Below are positions 46,002 through 58,800 of a stretch of 64,000 nt of DNA, in pieces. The DNA comes from a virus: positions 1 to 64,000 of the IMG/VR virus record IMGVR_UViG_3300009605_000020. One strand, 5' to 3'. The notes beneath the pieces were generated by a model. The model worked only from the letters and a program-made list of their open reading frames with translations. It was not told the origin of the DNA and did not search any database. Each line of letters starts with the position of its first letter. Positions within the stretch are counted from its first letter, which is position 1. A program made the translations under genes and the position numbers.

Positions 46002-48914
46002 TTAATACCCACCTCCGTTACTGGTACCGCCGTTGCCCTTTTTTATCATTTCCTTTTTTATCATTCCCGTAGAATATAAATATCGACGCGGTAGCTTGCC
46101 GGCCGTCTTAGCAATCGTTGGCTGTGACATCTTATTTTCTAGACGCTTAGCGCGCGCTTCAATGTTAGATTTTTTCTTAGCATTCGATCTGGAAGTAACT
46201 GTGGTGGAAATAGTAGGAGTTCCTATCATAAAATATTTATTAATAATGGGCAAAGCCTCTTCGTAAACATTTTCTTGTTCTAAAATAGAGGGAGTACGGC
46301 TCATACGGCAGAACAAAAATTTACTTTTACTTGCTGACTTAAATGTTTTCTCGTTTAAGAGGGCCCATATGGGAGAACAAACATAAGTGGCACCGTCTAT
46401 CACCTTATATCCGGCCAGGTATTCACACGCTACAATCGAATTGTAATTAAGATTGATATCGAAAGAATTCTGAGTTTCTATTAGTGTGGGTTCGTTACGC
46501 AATTTCTGCATTGCATACGCAGATCGGCCGAGGCCTGGGCGCGTAAGGCTCGGCAGGGTGAATTTTTGGCTCACCTCATCTAACAACGATAATGCCAAAT
46601 TAGAATTCATAATATTTTCTTCTGGGTTCTTGGTGCCTTTAAAATTAATTTCGTTGCTGGGGTCACTCGGATTGGGGGGCTCTTCCTTGGCTCTAGGGAA
46701 TTTTGATCCGTCACCCAATACTTTCCCGGAATCGACTGTTAGTGTTTTAATAATTTTTTCATTACCAAACCCAGAAATTCCCCCCTTAAGAGGTGCTATG
46801 GTAATACCGTGAAACCCCAGTAGGCTTTGTTTTTGAGAGGCAATTGCTGAGGGGCTAACAGATCTCACACCCATTTCTTTTCTGCATGGATTTGCTTTAC
46901 CATTTAAAATGATTAATGAGTCGTCAAATTTCATCCCGGGATTTACCTTAATATTTTTATTAGGAGTTTTGATTGTAAGGGGTGATAAAAATGCCGTAGA
47001 TGTAACAGTAGAGGAGGGCGTATTGGTAACGGCGCCATATCGAGATGCCTCTGTCTTTATTCTACTATTCCAGTCCTTGAAACTTAAAGTATAGAAATCT
47101 GGTGAATTTTTTGAAGAGAATAAATAAGACAGCCCCTGATTCATTGTGTCGCGGGCATTATGTGTGTCAGAAAAATTATGTCTCATCTCTAACAATCCTT
47201 GATTTTCATCGGTACTGTCTATTGTAGATCTAAAACTCTGAGCCATTCCGGTATTTCCTACAGGAGTTTTGTTAATTATAAAAGAAACTTTACTAATGAG
47301 ATCTCGGGCCATTTTTCTGACTTGATACAAACTTTTAGTGGTCGCCGTTTCAGGGTCAGTCATATTAAGAAGATTTCTTTGCCATTCGGCACTTTTTTGG
47401 CTAATAAAAGGAGCAGAGCCAAATATTAGTCGCACAGCGACCATATATTTATTAACTAAATCGCTCCACGCGGTCGATTCTGCCTTAATTTGTTCTACGT
47501 GCTTTGGGTTAAATCTGTCTCTAACGTAGTCGTAAGCTTTTGGATTGTTAAGAAGATTCAGGAATATGTCATATTGGTGAGTCGCTTCATCCAAAAAAGA
47601 AATTACATTTTTTAATTTTATAGCCGTATTGTCGGCAAATCTTATGTGAACTCCGTACTGATAAAGGCCGTCCGTAATCGTTTTCATGCCCGGATCAGAG
47701 GTTACAAAATGAACTACATGTGAGTTAACTCCGTATTCTAAAATACTAACAGTGCCTTGAGTAAGGGATCCGATAATTACTTCTTCGGCATTTTGTTCTA
47801 TCGGCCTATTAAATATTTGTCCTCCGGTTAATCTATTTCCAAGAGGAGGCTGCAGCACGCGCTTGCGATAAATTACTATATCATTTAATGTAATCGCAGA
47901 TTTTAATTCCTCGGTAGAGTGATATAGCTGTGGAAACTTGGTTAGGTTTCGAACGGCCTCTATAATATTGAATCCTATCATCAAATTAATAGAGCTATCG
48001 CTTTGGCTAAGATAAAGAGGAGAAAAATAACTTAGATTGTGAATAGTTCTAGTAGCTTCTAAGAATTTTTCCGCTTGTATACTAATGGTCTCCGGAGAGA
48101 CACCCGAAAAGTTGGAAGGGTCTAAGGCAGCTAAACTTTTTAGGAATCTCATATCAACAATCTTTTTATTAGCTACCACTTCGGCCATAAGCTTGGGACT
48201 TAGCGCATCTGTTGAATTGGCAGACCCCACAAATCCTTCCTCCGGATGATAAGAAACTGGACCGATCCAGGCTTCACCAACGCTCCCCACAACACTATCT
48301 TCAGCTAATTTAAAAGCAAAGCTGCTTGCTGGAGTTTTTCCATTCGAAATTATATTTTCTATACAAATTTCCCCACAAACCGGTATTGTTTCGGGCGACA
48401 TTCCACTTTTAGAACTGTCGTTAATATCTGCTAGATAGGGCACTGCCAAACAACAAAGATAGCTGGGCGTTTCTTTCAAAAAGGCTGTCACTTTATAAGA
48501 TAATCCTTCTGAGGAAAATCCCGTTTCCGTGTTTAAGACCTCTATGCTGCCCTCGCTCAATGAATCGAGGGGGGATATCGCTGAGTTTTCTAGACCAAAA
48601 AACAACTTAGTAAGCCCTTTTTTATTTTTTTCATTAACGATTTCTCGGACCAGTCTTTTCTTTGAGGATGAGAGGGCAGATACTATCATTTTATTTCTAA
48701 CAAGGCATAACAATATTCTAAGACGTCCTTTAATACCATCATCCAAATACCATGGTGTTTCGACTTGCTCTTTCTCCAACGAGAGATCGATACTAAGCTT
48801 CATCTGGGGATTTTCAAGCGCCTCTGTAGTAGGTTCAAGCAACACCTTGTCTACAAAAATCCGAGGGAGGGGTTGATTTAATGATTTATTATTTATTTTT
48901 AGCATCAACAACAC
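46002..48914 (-). CDS. Large hypothetical structural protein
   Basis: 970 aa in the baseplate cluster. No recognised domain. Confidence 0.6.
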   Translation of the reverse strand: MLLMLKINNKSLNQPLPRIFVDKVLLEPTTEALENPQMKLSIDLSLEKEQVETPWYLDDGIKGRLRILLCLVRNKMIVSALSSSKKRLVREIVNEKNKKGLTKLFFGLENSAISPLDSLSEGSIEVLNTETGFSSEGLSYKVTAFLKETPSYLCCLAVPYLADINDSSKSGMSPETIPVCGEICIENIISNGKTPASSFAFKLAEDSVVGSVGEAWIGPVSYHPEEGFVGSANSTDALSPKLMAEVVANKKIVDMRFLKSLAALDPSNFSGVSPETISIQAEKFLEATRTIHNLSYFSPLYLSQSDSSINLMIGFNIIEAVRNLTKFPQLYHSTEELKSAITLNDIVIYRKRVLQPPLGNRLTGGQIFNRPIEQNAEEVIIGSLTQGTVSILEYGVNSHVVHFVTSDPGMKTITDGLYQYGVHIRFADNTAIKLKNVISFLDEATHQYDIFLNLLNNPKAYDYVRDRFNPKHVEQIKAESTAWSDLVNKYMVAVRLIFGSAPFISQKSAEWQRNLLNMTDPETATTKSLYQVRKMARDLISKVSFIINKTPVGNTGMAQSFRSTIDSTDENQGLLEMRHNFSDTHNARDTMNQGLSYLFSSKNSPDFYTLSFKDWNSRIKTEASRYGAVTNTPSSTVTSTAFLSPLTIKTPNKNIKVNPGMKFDDSLIILNGKANPCRKEMGVRSVSPSAIASQKQSLLGFHGITIAPLKGGISGFGNEKIIKTLTVDSGKVLGDGSKFPRAKEEPPNPSDPSNEINFKGTKNPEENIMNSNLALSLLDEVSQKFTLPSLTRPGLGRSAYAMQKLRNEPTLIETQNSFDINLNYNSIVACEYLAGYKVIDGATYVCSPIWALLNEKTFKSASKSKFLFCRMSRTPSILEQENVYEEALPIINKYFMIGTPTISTTVTSRSNAKKKSNIEARAKRLENKMSQPTIAKTAGKLPRRYLYSTGMIKKEMIKKGNGGTSNGGGY

Positions 48915-49882
48915 TCCTCATCGTCGGTAGTATACAGATCCTTGTTTAGCCGAAGGCGACCGGCGCCTGGACGAACCGCATCTTTAATATTTAGTTCATT
49001 GATTGCATTTGATGGCAATTCGTCGTCAACTAATATATCCATGTAATATTCCACATTCGGTGTGGTAGTGGCCTGTATTACGGATCGAGGAAGCATATCC
49101 GAACTTGGATCTATAAAAGACATTTGAATATTTTCTGGGACGATGGAACCGGAGGAAGCGGGACCGGTCGAAGCAGAAACAAAAAACACCTCTATATCAA
49201 AATTTTCTTTAAGAAATTCACTATTTTCCTCCAACACGTCCAAAACTAAATATTTCCTATCTACAGCCAAATAGGTAGAGTCTGTTATATAGTTCGTTAT
49301 GGAGTTGGCGCCAATTGGGCCTTTCTGGAAAAAAGATTTATAATCTACTTCAATGTTGAGTTGCGGTATTCTTTGTACCACGCGGCTATTGTCTGTTGGA
49401 ATCGTCCCAGCGAAAGGATCCATAGAAATTCTAGAGCCACTAATTATAGTATTTTCATTAAGGGGAATGATTGTCCAGCTAGGAGCTTTAGAAGAGTCCA
49501 AACTACTATTGCCGAGAGGAGTACTCAGAAGATCCATTTTATCTTTAAATGGTTGTTGATTCTGGAAGGCGAATGCAACCTCTGGATTTTCTCCGGAGAG
49601 CTGTCCTATTTCGTTCGTAACATTACTTATAAAAGTATTTACTCGCGATTCGACGCTGCTTAATGTTGAAATTGTGTGTAACGAAGGAGTCTCATTTTGA
49701 ATCCTTCCCTCGGCTTTATTTTGATACTCCGTAAAGCCTCCATACTCTGAATCATATAGAATATCATCATCATAAAAAGCATAGAACGAGGGCTTAAATA
49801 GCCCCAGAGATAAAAGATATTTACCGTATTGAGTTAATTGAATCTCAATAACGTCTTCTTTTTTATTAAAAAATGCTACCAT
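48905..49882 (-). CDS. Baseplate structural protein, N-terminally related to 40657-41631
   Basis: FFNKKEDVIEIQLTQYGKYLLSLG.F...YAFYDDDILY aligns with FLDNSGDIILDAVLTDTGRMRLARG..F...FALGDDEINY. Confidence 0.6.
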   Translation of the reverse strand: MVAFFNKKEDVIEIQLTQYGKYLLSLGLFKPSFYAFYDDDILYDSEYGGFTEYQNKAEGRIQNETPSLHTISTLSSVESRVNTFISNVTNEIGQLSGENPEVAFAFQNQQPFKDKMDLLSTPLGNSSLDSSKAPSWTIIPLNENTIISGSRISMDPFAGTIPTDNSRVVQRIPQLNIEVDYKSFFQKGPIGANSITNYITDSTYLAVDRKYLVLDVLEENSEFLKENFDIEVFFVSASTGPASSGSIVPENIQMSFIDPSSDMLPRSVIQATTTPNVEYYMDILVDDELPSNAINELNIKDAVRPGAGRLRLNKDLYTTDDEECC

Positions 49883-49888
49883 GGTCTG

Positions 49889-52800
49889 TTAAATTTTCCT
49901 CTTTTTAGTCATCATTTGTAATATCCTTTGTACACTTCTCAAAGCTCCGGACGACGACATCGAGCGAGACGGAGACATCCACAGTGGCAAGGAAGGTGCG
50001 CGCATAGATGGCGGCTCCTTCGAAGGGAGAGACCCGTACGGTTGGCCGAGAATATTCAGCGGAGGAGTTCCTGAGCCCAGAGATGGTGGGAAGAGGAGAT
50101 CCTGGCCTAGGTTTGGATCGAGCATCATTTGAGCAGCTGTTTCAGGACTATATTGGACCGTCGTATCTATCTTAACCAACTCAACTAATGAGAAATAATC
50201 ATAAGGCCAGTTATAAGAATATTTAGACTCAATGTTGGGCGGTATAGTCGCTAAATCCGTAGTTAAGTTCTTCTTGACAAACACGTTATAATCTTTCTCA
50301 GCCCTCTTCTTAACCTTAAATACCAACCACCGAAGAGTTGTTTCTGGATTATACATCTCGTCTATTAAGTTTTTTTCTCTAATAAATAGGGGGTCTGGCT
50401 TTTGGAACTGAGTTCCTATGTTCGGAGGCAGGTTTTGCCAAATATCTGCGAGATCTTGTCGACTTATTGAAACACTGAACTCGAAAGCGTAGAATAGTAT
50501 TTTTTCAGGAGAAATAGTAGTTGGCGAACCTCCAGCACCAATGCTTAATGGGTCAAGCTGGGCAGTCATAGTCGGGCCTCCAGTGGAGTTAACGGGACTT
50601 AGCGGATTAAGACGGGTAGTCATAGTCGGGCCTCCAGTGGAGTTAACGGGACTTAGCGGATTAAGCTCGGTAGTCATAGTCGGACCGGTGGACGCCGGGT
50701 TCGTTACAAAATCAAATTTTGGAGGCAATATATATCGTCTTAGTATGTCCACACAACGAAGATAGGAGGCCTGCCCTGGGCCGTGCATGTCTTCCGTTAA
50801 TTTAAAGAAACTGCGGCGTGTGCCAAATTGGTTAACCGTAAACGGGACTACTATTATTGCTTCTGCAAGAGTTTGTTGTCTCCTTAGATTTCCTACGGGT
50901 TTGGGAGAGCCGGTGTTAAACTTAACAACGCTAGCCAAGGAGTTAATGTTGTCTTCTTCTAAAACCCCATGTGTTGGAGAATTAATGTACGACGGAGTAT
51001 CAACTGAAAGTTCTATTGTTTCTCCGCCCGCGGGAATATCACCATATTGGTGCCACATTCCTTTAGAAATAATCTTCTTAGATAAAGTGTCAGTGGTGGG
51101 GGCCAACGGATGAGGGTAGCCCGGAACAAGACTATTCGGAGGGAGAGTAATCGATGCCGAAGCGGCCGAACCGCTAACCGTATACTTAGAAAAATTCAAA
51201 ACCGGTGTTTCAAATTTACTTTGAATTAACCAACGATCCTGATTAGAGTCTGTATCCGGCGGAACAGATATGAGAGTTTCTGCCAGATTTACATTTTGAT
51301 CAATGTGTTGCTGCCAAACTGAGCCGGCCGAGGGGCCGTGAACTCCCCATGCCTCGATGGAGAGGGGGTCAGCCGTGTTATTAGAGCGCGCATACATAAA
51401 CTCTGATGTTGCTAAAATATCAGAAAGAGCTGGCTTGCCGCTATATTGAGCTTTAAATAGTATTGTAGCTCGACCATGGCCATCATAGTAACTGGGAGTA
51501 AGAGGATCAAAATTGGCCTCCCAGGCACACGCCGAGCCGGGCGAGATGCAATTGAAGGCGCCGGCGTACGCATTTCCTGCAAAAGGTGGCCCAAAAGCAG
51601 ATGCTCTCTCATACATCTCAAATTTAGATCTATCCGGAATTGTAACTAATTGACCCGAGCCTGTGGTATCTCCCCCCGGATTAATAATGGGCCGACGCAA
51701 GTCAACCGTCATAGCATAATAAGAACCCGATGTAACAGAAGCAAATTCATCTTCGCGCGCCGACACAAAATTAGCCATATGACCGAAGGTGTCATCTTGA
51801 AAGAAATTAAGAGTCTCGCATAAGAAATTGTCAATTGCTAATTCATAAAGTGAGGATCCCATTCCATTCCAGCCGACCCGGTATTTGTACTTCGTTGGGT
51901 CCTGATCCTGGCGGAAACTAGCAGAGGGTGGTAAACCATTATCATAGATATAAGCCCCCGAAATTGAATTTACTCCAAAATAGGCTGATGGTTTAATCAT
52001 AGCTTCGAATGGAATACGCTGGAACCCATAGCCTCCTTGAGCATCTAAATAATTAACATACCATCCCCCGGGGGTTGCGGGTGGCCACCAGGAAGCCGGA
52101 GGGGTGAAGTTATTCTGATTCAGTTGAGGATTAAGGCTGCTGCTGTAGCGAACACCAAAATTAATTGTTCCCTCGGGTAAAGTTGTCCATACCGTCGAAG
52201 TTGCAATTTTAGTGCCTGCCAAATCGGAGGGGCCGCCGGAGCCGGCGTTGATGTCCAGAATCGATTCTCCTTTAGGCACGAGCCCAATATCCCATTTTGG
52301 AGTTGATGAGGTATTAAATATAACAAAACTACTAACTGCAATGCCCGACTTAATGGTGTTAAATAATATTCCCGGAGCAAATAATGGTTCTAACAAGGGA
52401 CGCATGGCACCCCTTGTCTCCGGACCCGCGGTAGTGTGCTGCCAGCCGGTGACGGAAGAGGAAAACGATGATTCCACATGTGGAAAATAAGAAGAAGAAA
52501 ATAGCCCCGTCAAAGCCGCGGCTCGTTCTGCAGGATAAAATCCTTTGTATGGTAGAAATTTAATATAAGCAGAACATCCTAGTTGTATTTCCTTCCTCTT
52601 GAGTCTCATTCCTTCATTAATGTTTTTATTGTTTAGGTCGTCATCGATAACTTTAAAATATTTCAAGAAGTCTGTGTGACCATAGACACTATAAAAATTA
52701 TTTTGAGAGCTGTTGGCTATGATATCGGTCTGCGTACCGGGGACCACGCCTCCCTCGCCTTCGGGCACCTCTCCACCAGTTAAATCGAACAACCCGGTTG

Positions 52801-55800
52801 TTTCATCAAGATCTGTCAACCAATCAGAATTGTGATTTATAACTAAGTTTTCAATATGTTCGCTTATCCTGAATTCTGGTACAATCGTGTGATCTTTGCC
52901 CTTTAATCGTATAAATTCAGCATATTCTTCATATGGTTGATAAGGATCTTTTCCGGCCTGGACTGGAGCATCCCAATATGTGTCGCCTCCCCATACCGGA
53001 TCGCAGATCCCCATCCCAGAGCCGGGAGAAGAGCCCGAGCCTACGAAAACCCTCATATTGTAAAGAGGCCCGGGCGCGATGTTGGCGCGCTGCCACAGGC
53101 AGCCTTGGTATGTGCCAAACCTGGTATATCTATTTTGAAGTTCTCCAGCAGAGAAGCCCGTGCCGCCCCAACCTAGTATTGGTAAAGTAGATTGAGATAT
53201 ATCAGCCAGCATACTGCTAAAGGGATAGTGTGCATCTAGTGGCCACATGCTAGCATTGGGAACATTAGTCCCAACCGCATTTAACCGGAAGTCCGCGAAG
53301 AAGCCCGGGTTCTGACTTCTGCGACCTCGCGGGGTTAACCAAATTTGATCAGTACTATACTCTTCTCTTGTTCTAGTTCTCGTACGATATGCATTGACTT
53401 CCCGAGGATAGATTCTCTCGGTATATTCTATTAACGAATCTGCACTATTATTTAATGAAGCATCTAAAGCAAAATTAACAAGTGTTTCGTATGGCTGCCC
53501 GAAGGTAACATTGGGAACAAGGTCTAGCCTGTTGTCTAATCGCTGATGTGAGAAATAGTCTATATTGTTGCCCCACGAAACCTTAGCTACCACACTATTA
53601 TCCGGAGGGATTGGAGTACCCGGAGCAGAGGCCCACATTTGATTATAAGCATCAGGAACGCCGGGAATATTATTCCATTGACCGCCCTCGAATGCAAATT
53701 CTAGAGCATGGTGGCGACTACTGATTGGCTGTTCAATATACTGCTTAAAAGTATTCCCCTTTAGGCCCTTCATCTGCTGAGCTGTTGCGTAATCGCCCAC
53801 ATAAATAGGCAAAGGCTCGTCCCTTTGAGATAGTATATTATGCTCTCGCTGATATCTTACAACAGGGTGTTGTCGTGTTCGGATTTGCTTCCATGTCGGC
53901 CAGCCGTAAGGGCCACCGCGATTAAGGAGGATTGAGTTTAGTATGCCTCCGGGTCCGGTGGTTTCGTCCGGGGAAAGGTAGGATACGCCAAAGCCGTTGC
54001 CAGGAGCAATGCCATAATTGATTGTGGAATTTATATAGTTCGACTTATAGACCAGTCCACTCCGTTCCAGTGACATACTAGGATATCCCAAGGTCTGAGC
54101 AGAAGAGTCAAGGGGATCCGCCACAATTGTATTCAGTCCTACAAAGTCTGTGGGAATTCCGGTCGTCGGTCCGAGCATAGATATCCAGGTAGCACTATCA
54201 ATTCTTTGACCCCAAAAGCGCCACCCGGGGTTATTGGTTTCGACAGAATAAACTTCACTTTCTGGAATTGTCGGCCAACTCTGCGGGAGTCCTCCGCTAA
54301 GCCCCATGTATCCCAACATCATGGTGCCTGTAGTCAAACTAGCTGTAATCCAAGCATACTGACGATCTGACTGAGGAATTGGATGTGTTACCCAGCCATT
54401 GTCGTAAACCGAAGCCGTGAAATAAGAACCAGTTTCCATTCTATATTTGGTGTTTCTGTTAACTTTGTGGTACGAGGGAACCGTAACATATGTATCTGTA
54501 GGAATTGTGCCATAGGCTGCATCATGGCCGAACTGCCCGCAATGTAGAGTTAGCCTCTGATTTCTGCCTCTGTTCTTTCCTATCTGATCAACAACTGTGA
54601 TTGTCTGCGCAGCTAAAGGATCTACCGAAGCTGAACCCGAGAGGCCATAATCTATAACTGATCGATTGCGGAAGGGCAAAGCATTGTAGGGAGAAACCTC
54701 TTCGTGAGCCGGCTCTAAATAACCCCGGGATTGAACTTCATATCCTCCGGGAGCAGAAAACTTGTTAACAAAAATGGTCTGATTTGAGTTGCGTCCATCG
54801 CGATTTGGAAGGGCAAACTTATCTCCAAAGCGCGTGCAGGCCTGGGGATTAATATCCACAATAATTCCTGGTGGTGTACCGACGTGTACGAGGTCCGCGC
54901 TGGCGCCACCCACGATGTTTGCTATACCTGCTATCGAATCCCCGGGGCCGTCTCCCATCCGGAACCAGAATATTAGATTGCTCCTGACTGCTATTAGCTC
55001 TCCTCCTAGCAAATTTAAGGTAGCCTGAGAATATAATTTATTGGCCTGATCGCTGGTTAAGGTGGTATTCCAAAAGGATGCATCAGAAACATATCCGGCC
55101 CAGTTCTCACCAGTATGCCAGCCGATATATATATAGGCCGAGGACATAACATAAGGATCTATGGTTCCGACAGGAGTCACCACTTCTGTAACCGGCACCG
55201 GAGCGCCATCTATATACATTGTGGGGCTATTGCTCGTTGATGACCCGTTATAGGTTATCGCCAGATGTGTCCATTTATTTAGTGGGATTGCGCTTGCAGG
55301 ACTTTCCCACTCTGCGGTAGTTCCTCCGCCATCCCATTTCGCTAAGAAAATAACTTTATTATTTGGGTCAGTCTTAATTCTCCTAGTATCGAAGTTGTCA
55401 CCAGCGTGCACTCCATCGCTATCCTGGAAGAGTATATTAGTTTGCCCTGAAGCTGTTAAGTTTATCCAAGCTTGCCACGTCTCGGCTGTGTTGGCGTTCA
55501 TATAGGCTATTTCGGGCGCACTTCCGGACCAGGACCAATATTTACGGAGGCCGGGGGGCTGATCATCAAGTTCGATAGCTTTAGTATTCACGACCCTATC
55601 GCCAGATAATGCAAGCGGTGGCCGACTATTATCAAGTTTGTGGTGAACAGTTAATGGATACAGCGAAAAATCAAATGATTGTTCTCGGAAAAACAAATCA
55701 TTTATAGATCGAGCGTTGCTTTGAACAACATCGTAGTTCATGCGGTAATTGCCGAGTATTGTAGACCCAGTTGTCATCTGTATATTTTGAACATTGACTG

Positions 55801-58800
55801 GTCGCTTGGTTCCTACGTTTCGTAATAGATTTCCTTTTGGTCGATCGAATAAGTAGGGAGGCGAAACAGCTGGAGCATTCGGGGATGGATACTGGGGATC
55901 AACTATTCCTAGAGCACCAGACGTTTCATTTGTATATGTGGAAGACGTAATTTGACAAGTTAAATCCGTGCCTCCGCCGGCGACTGCAACGTCAGCAGGA
56001 GTAAGATCGAGCATATACTCTGGACAGGATACGGGGATAGTGGCAGGTATACCATCGCATTGGAACGATAGTGAAGTGAGCGGCGGTTCTGACGCGGCAT
56101 CATCAACATTCAAAAGCGTATCTCCCGGACTATCACCAAATCTGTACCACGACATTAAGCCGACACTTAACCCGGCTGAAGCCGTTAAATTAATGGGCCC
56201 TGAAGATGTTACAGCAATTTCTTTCTTTTCAACGGTCAGGAGAGGCGATATCGTGGTACAGGTAGTCGTGGTTTCTCCGCCGACTCCATAAAGCTCAAGG
56301 CATTCTGCGTCCGAAAGCTGTCTGTCCCATATTGCCTGATCGGCAAAAGCACCACTATGAAAAGTCGACTTTACAGACCAGCCGCTGTAGGCGGCAATAT
56401 ACCAGGCTCCAACACTACCGGCGCCGGTGGTGCCCACCAGATTACCAGCTGGAGTTTGCCAAGTAGAAAAGCTTGCGCTCACTCCGTTAATAAAAACATT
56501 AGGAGGTTGCGATCCCGAATTATAAGCAGTAACAATATGATACCAGCCCGGGCCTTCTGTCAAATATTTACTAGAGGTGAGCGGTACATCCAATACCCAC
56601 TCGGCGTCAGTCGGGCCTCCGGCGCTATATTCTGCACCAAAAAATAATCTCATACCGGCCGGCGAGGAGGCGGTACCTATCGTACGTAGACGTTTGAAAC
56701 CGGTACCCGCGCCCTCGTTTCCGAAGCTCCATATGCCGCTGGCGAGGCCCTTATCAAGCAGCTCTGAAGAGGCCGAGACCCACGTCGATACGGTGAACTC
56801 ATCGGATGAGCCATCAAATGCACCCGCAGACATATACCATCCGGTATTAAAAATATGATTTGTGCAAGGCCATTTGCATGCGGTCAATATTTTTTTACTA
56901 TTAGCACCAATATTACTAGAAGTTACCAAGTTATAGGTAGTATTTACCAACTTTCGGTCTGTACACATTCCCAGAAGCAGTTTAAACCCTTCCGGTCGAT
57001 CTTCAACATAATCTAGATTATTCGGGCCCTTCTTAAGTGCATCGAATTTGTTTAACGCGACGTGACGATATTCTCGTCCCCCAACATATTGTTCGGTAAA
57101 CGGGCCCTGGAGAGGACTGCCATTCAGTTCGCCATAAATATCATTATGAAGATCGGTTATCATAACCCCTTTCATAAATCTTTCTCTTACAGTCTGATTA
57201 TATCCTGTCGCGACTGAACTGCTATATAAATTAAATGGCGCCAACAAATGCCCCTTGGCCTCTTGATAATCAAAACTTCCTGACTGATGTTTATTAATTC
57301 TAGCATTTATACCCCAGGCCAAGCGCTTCTTTTGATTTGGAGTGATGATATCGGTGATATCTTTAAGAGTTTCCACATCTTTTTCAAAAGTCAGCATAAC
57401 ATTGGCAGGAATGTTCATGCCTTTTATAAGTGGGCCGGCAGGATAAGTGGCGGGGAATACGAAATCCCATATTTTATTTGGATATTGGCCGCGAGGATTC
57501 CCCCCAGGCAATTGTAACGGTCGAGAAACAGAAAGTTTATATGGCCTAGAATCGGCACAGTTGTCATCCCAAAACTGGGATCGGTCGTCGGCGTACCCTG
57601 GTCGCTGGGGGCCGGCGCTCTCGAAGATCTTCTCCCGGGAAAAATCAACCGCAGCATCGCCCGAAGCAAGAGGGGGCTTCAGCCGGGTAGCGCGGTCCTT
57701 CCACCAATACGCATTGGTACTTTGGAGGTTGTTGAGTGGGTGATGATTAAATTTCCACCCTCCCAGGGGATCTAAAATATTACAAATTCTACCTTCAATA
57801 ATAGGATCTTTGGTATTTAATGTTGGGAATTTACTATGATATTTGTTTCTCTCTAAAATATGACTCTCAATCATGGTGCGTATATTCTGAGCTACATCCG
57901 CTGATGCTGGAACAAGTTGTTGCAACATTGTTGAGAGAGAAGAATCAAACCACTTATAAAATTCATAGAATTTATCAAAGTCTATAGTACTATTTTGGAC
58001 ATTTAAGAAAAAGGCCTGTCGGACCTTTGAAAGATCTTTGTAGTCCATTCGATAGCGATTCACTGGTGCACCTATCAAGGTGTGCATATCGCGTATAGTG
58101 GCAAAATAATTTATCATCTCTTCGGAAATAACTTGATAAAGGCTCTTTTCGAAAGAGAAGTAGAACGTTACAGGGCGTGTTGCGGGAGTAAATTCTTCTT
58201 GTTCCTCGGAAGTTAAAACAGAAATCATATCCACAGACCGTAGATTCTCGGGTAGATTTTGTCTAATATTTACAATATAATCTTTATCGATCGCTGTCGT
58301 AGAATTTGCCCCGAAGAAGTCGCCGCGGCCCGTATGTTGATTATTTAATATGGGGCCTAGCCAGTCATATCGAGAGGCGGCTAATTGAGTTGAACCGGAT
58401 GAAAGATCGGCTACAGAGAATTGACCACTAGAGTTAGAGCCGGTATTCTGGTTAAAATCCCAATTCAGAGCCAAAGTGTCTAATTCAGGTATTTCTCCGA
58501 AAGAAGCTTCCGGTTGGAACGGAAAAGCGTACCAATGAGGATTGGATGTGCCACAATTAAAAGCATCGTTCGCGTGCTCGGTAAGAGTCGTATCATCTAA
58601 ATATGTTAACCAGTGGCGAGCCGCGGCCACCTTAACATCGGAGAACTCAAGCACAGACCCTGTAAAATTCTGTCGGTGCGATCCAGCAAATAATCTTTTT
58701 CGATCCGAAATAAAGCCGGCTGGCGGAGAATTGATAGTACCGCTTAAAGTAAAGGTATCCAATACAACGCCATCTTGAACGTGAGTACCCCGCAATTCAA

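Noticed and set aside
50543-50686. Possible CRISPR array or DGR template/variable repeat
   Set aside because: The repeats are head-to-tail in-frame coding units without unique spacers or adenine-specific mismatches. No cas or reverse transcriptase gene is in the window.
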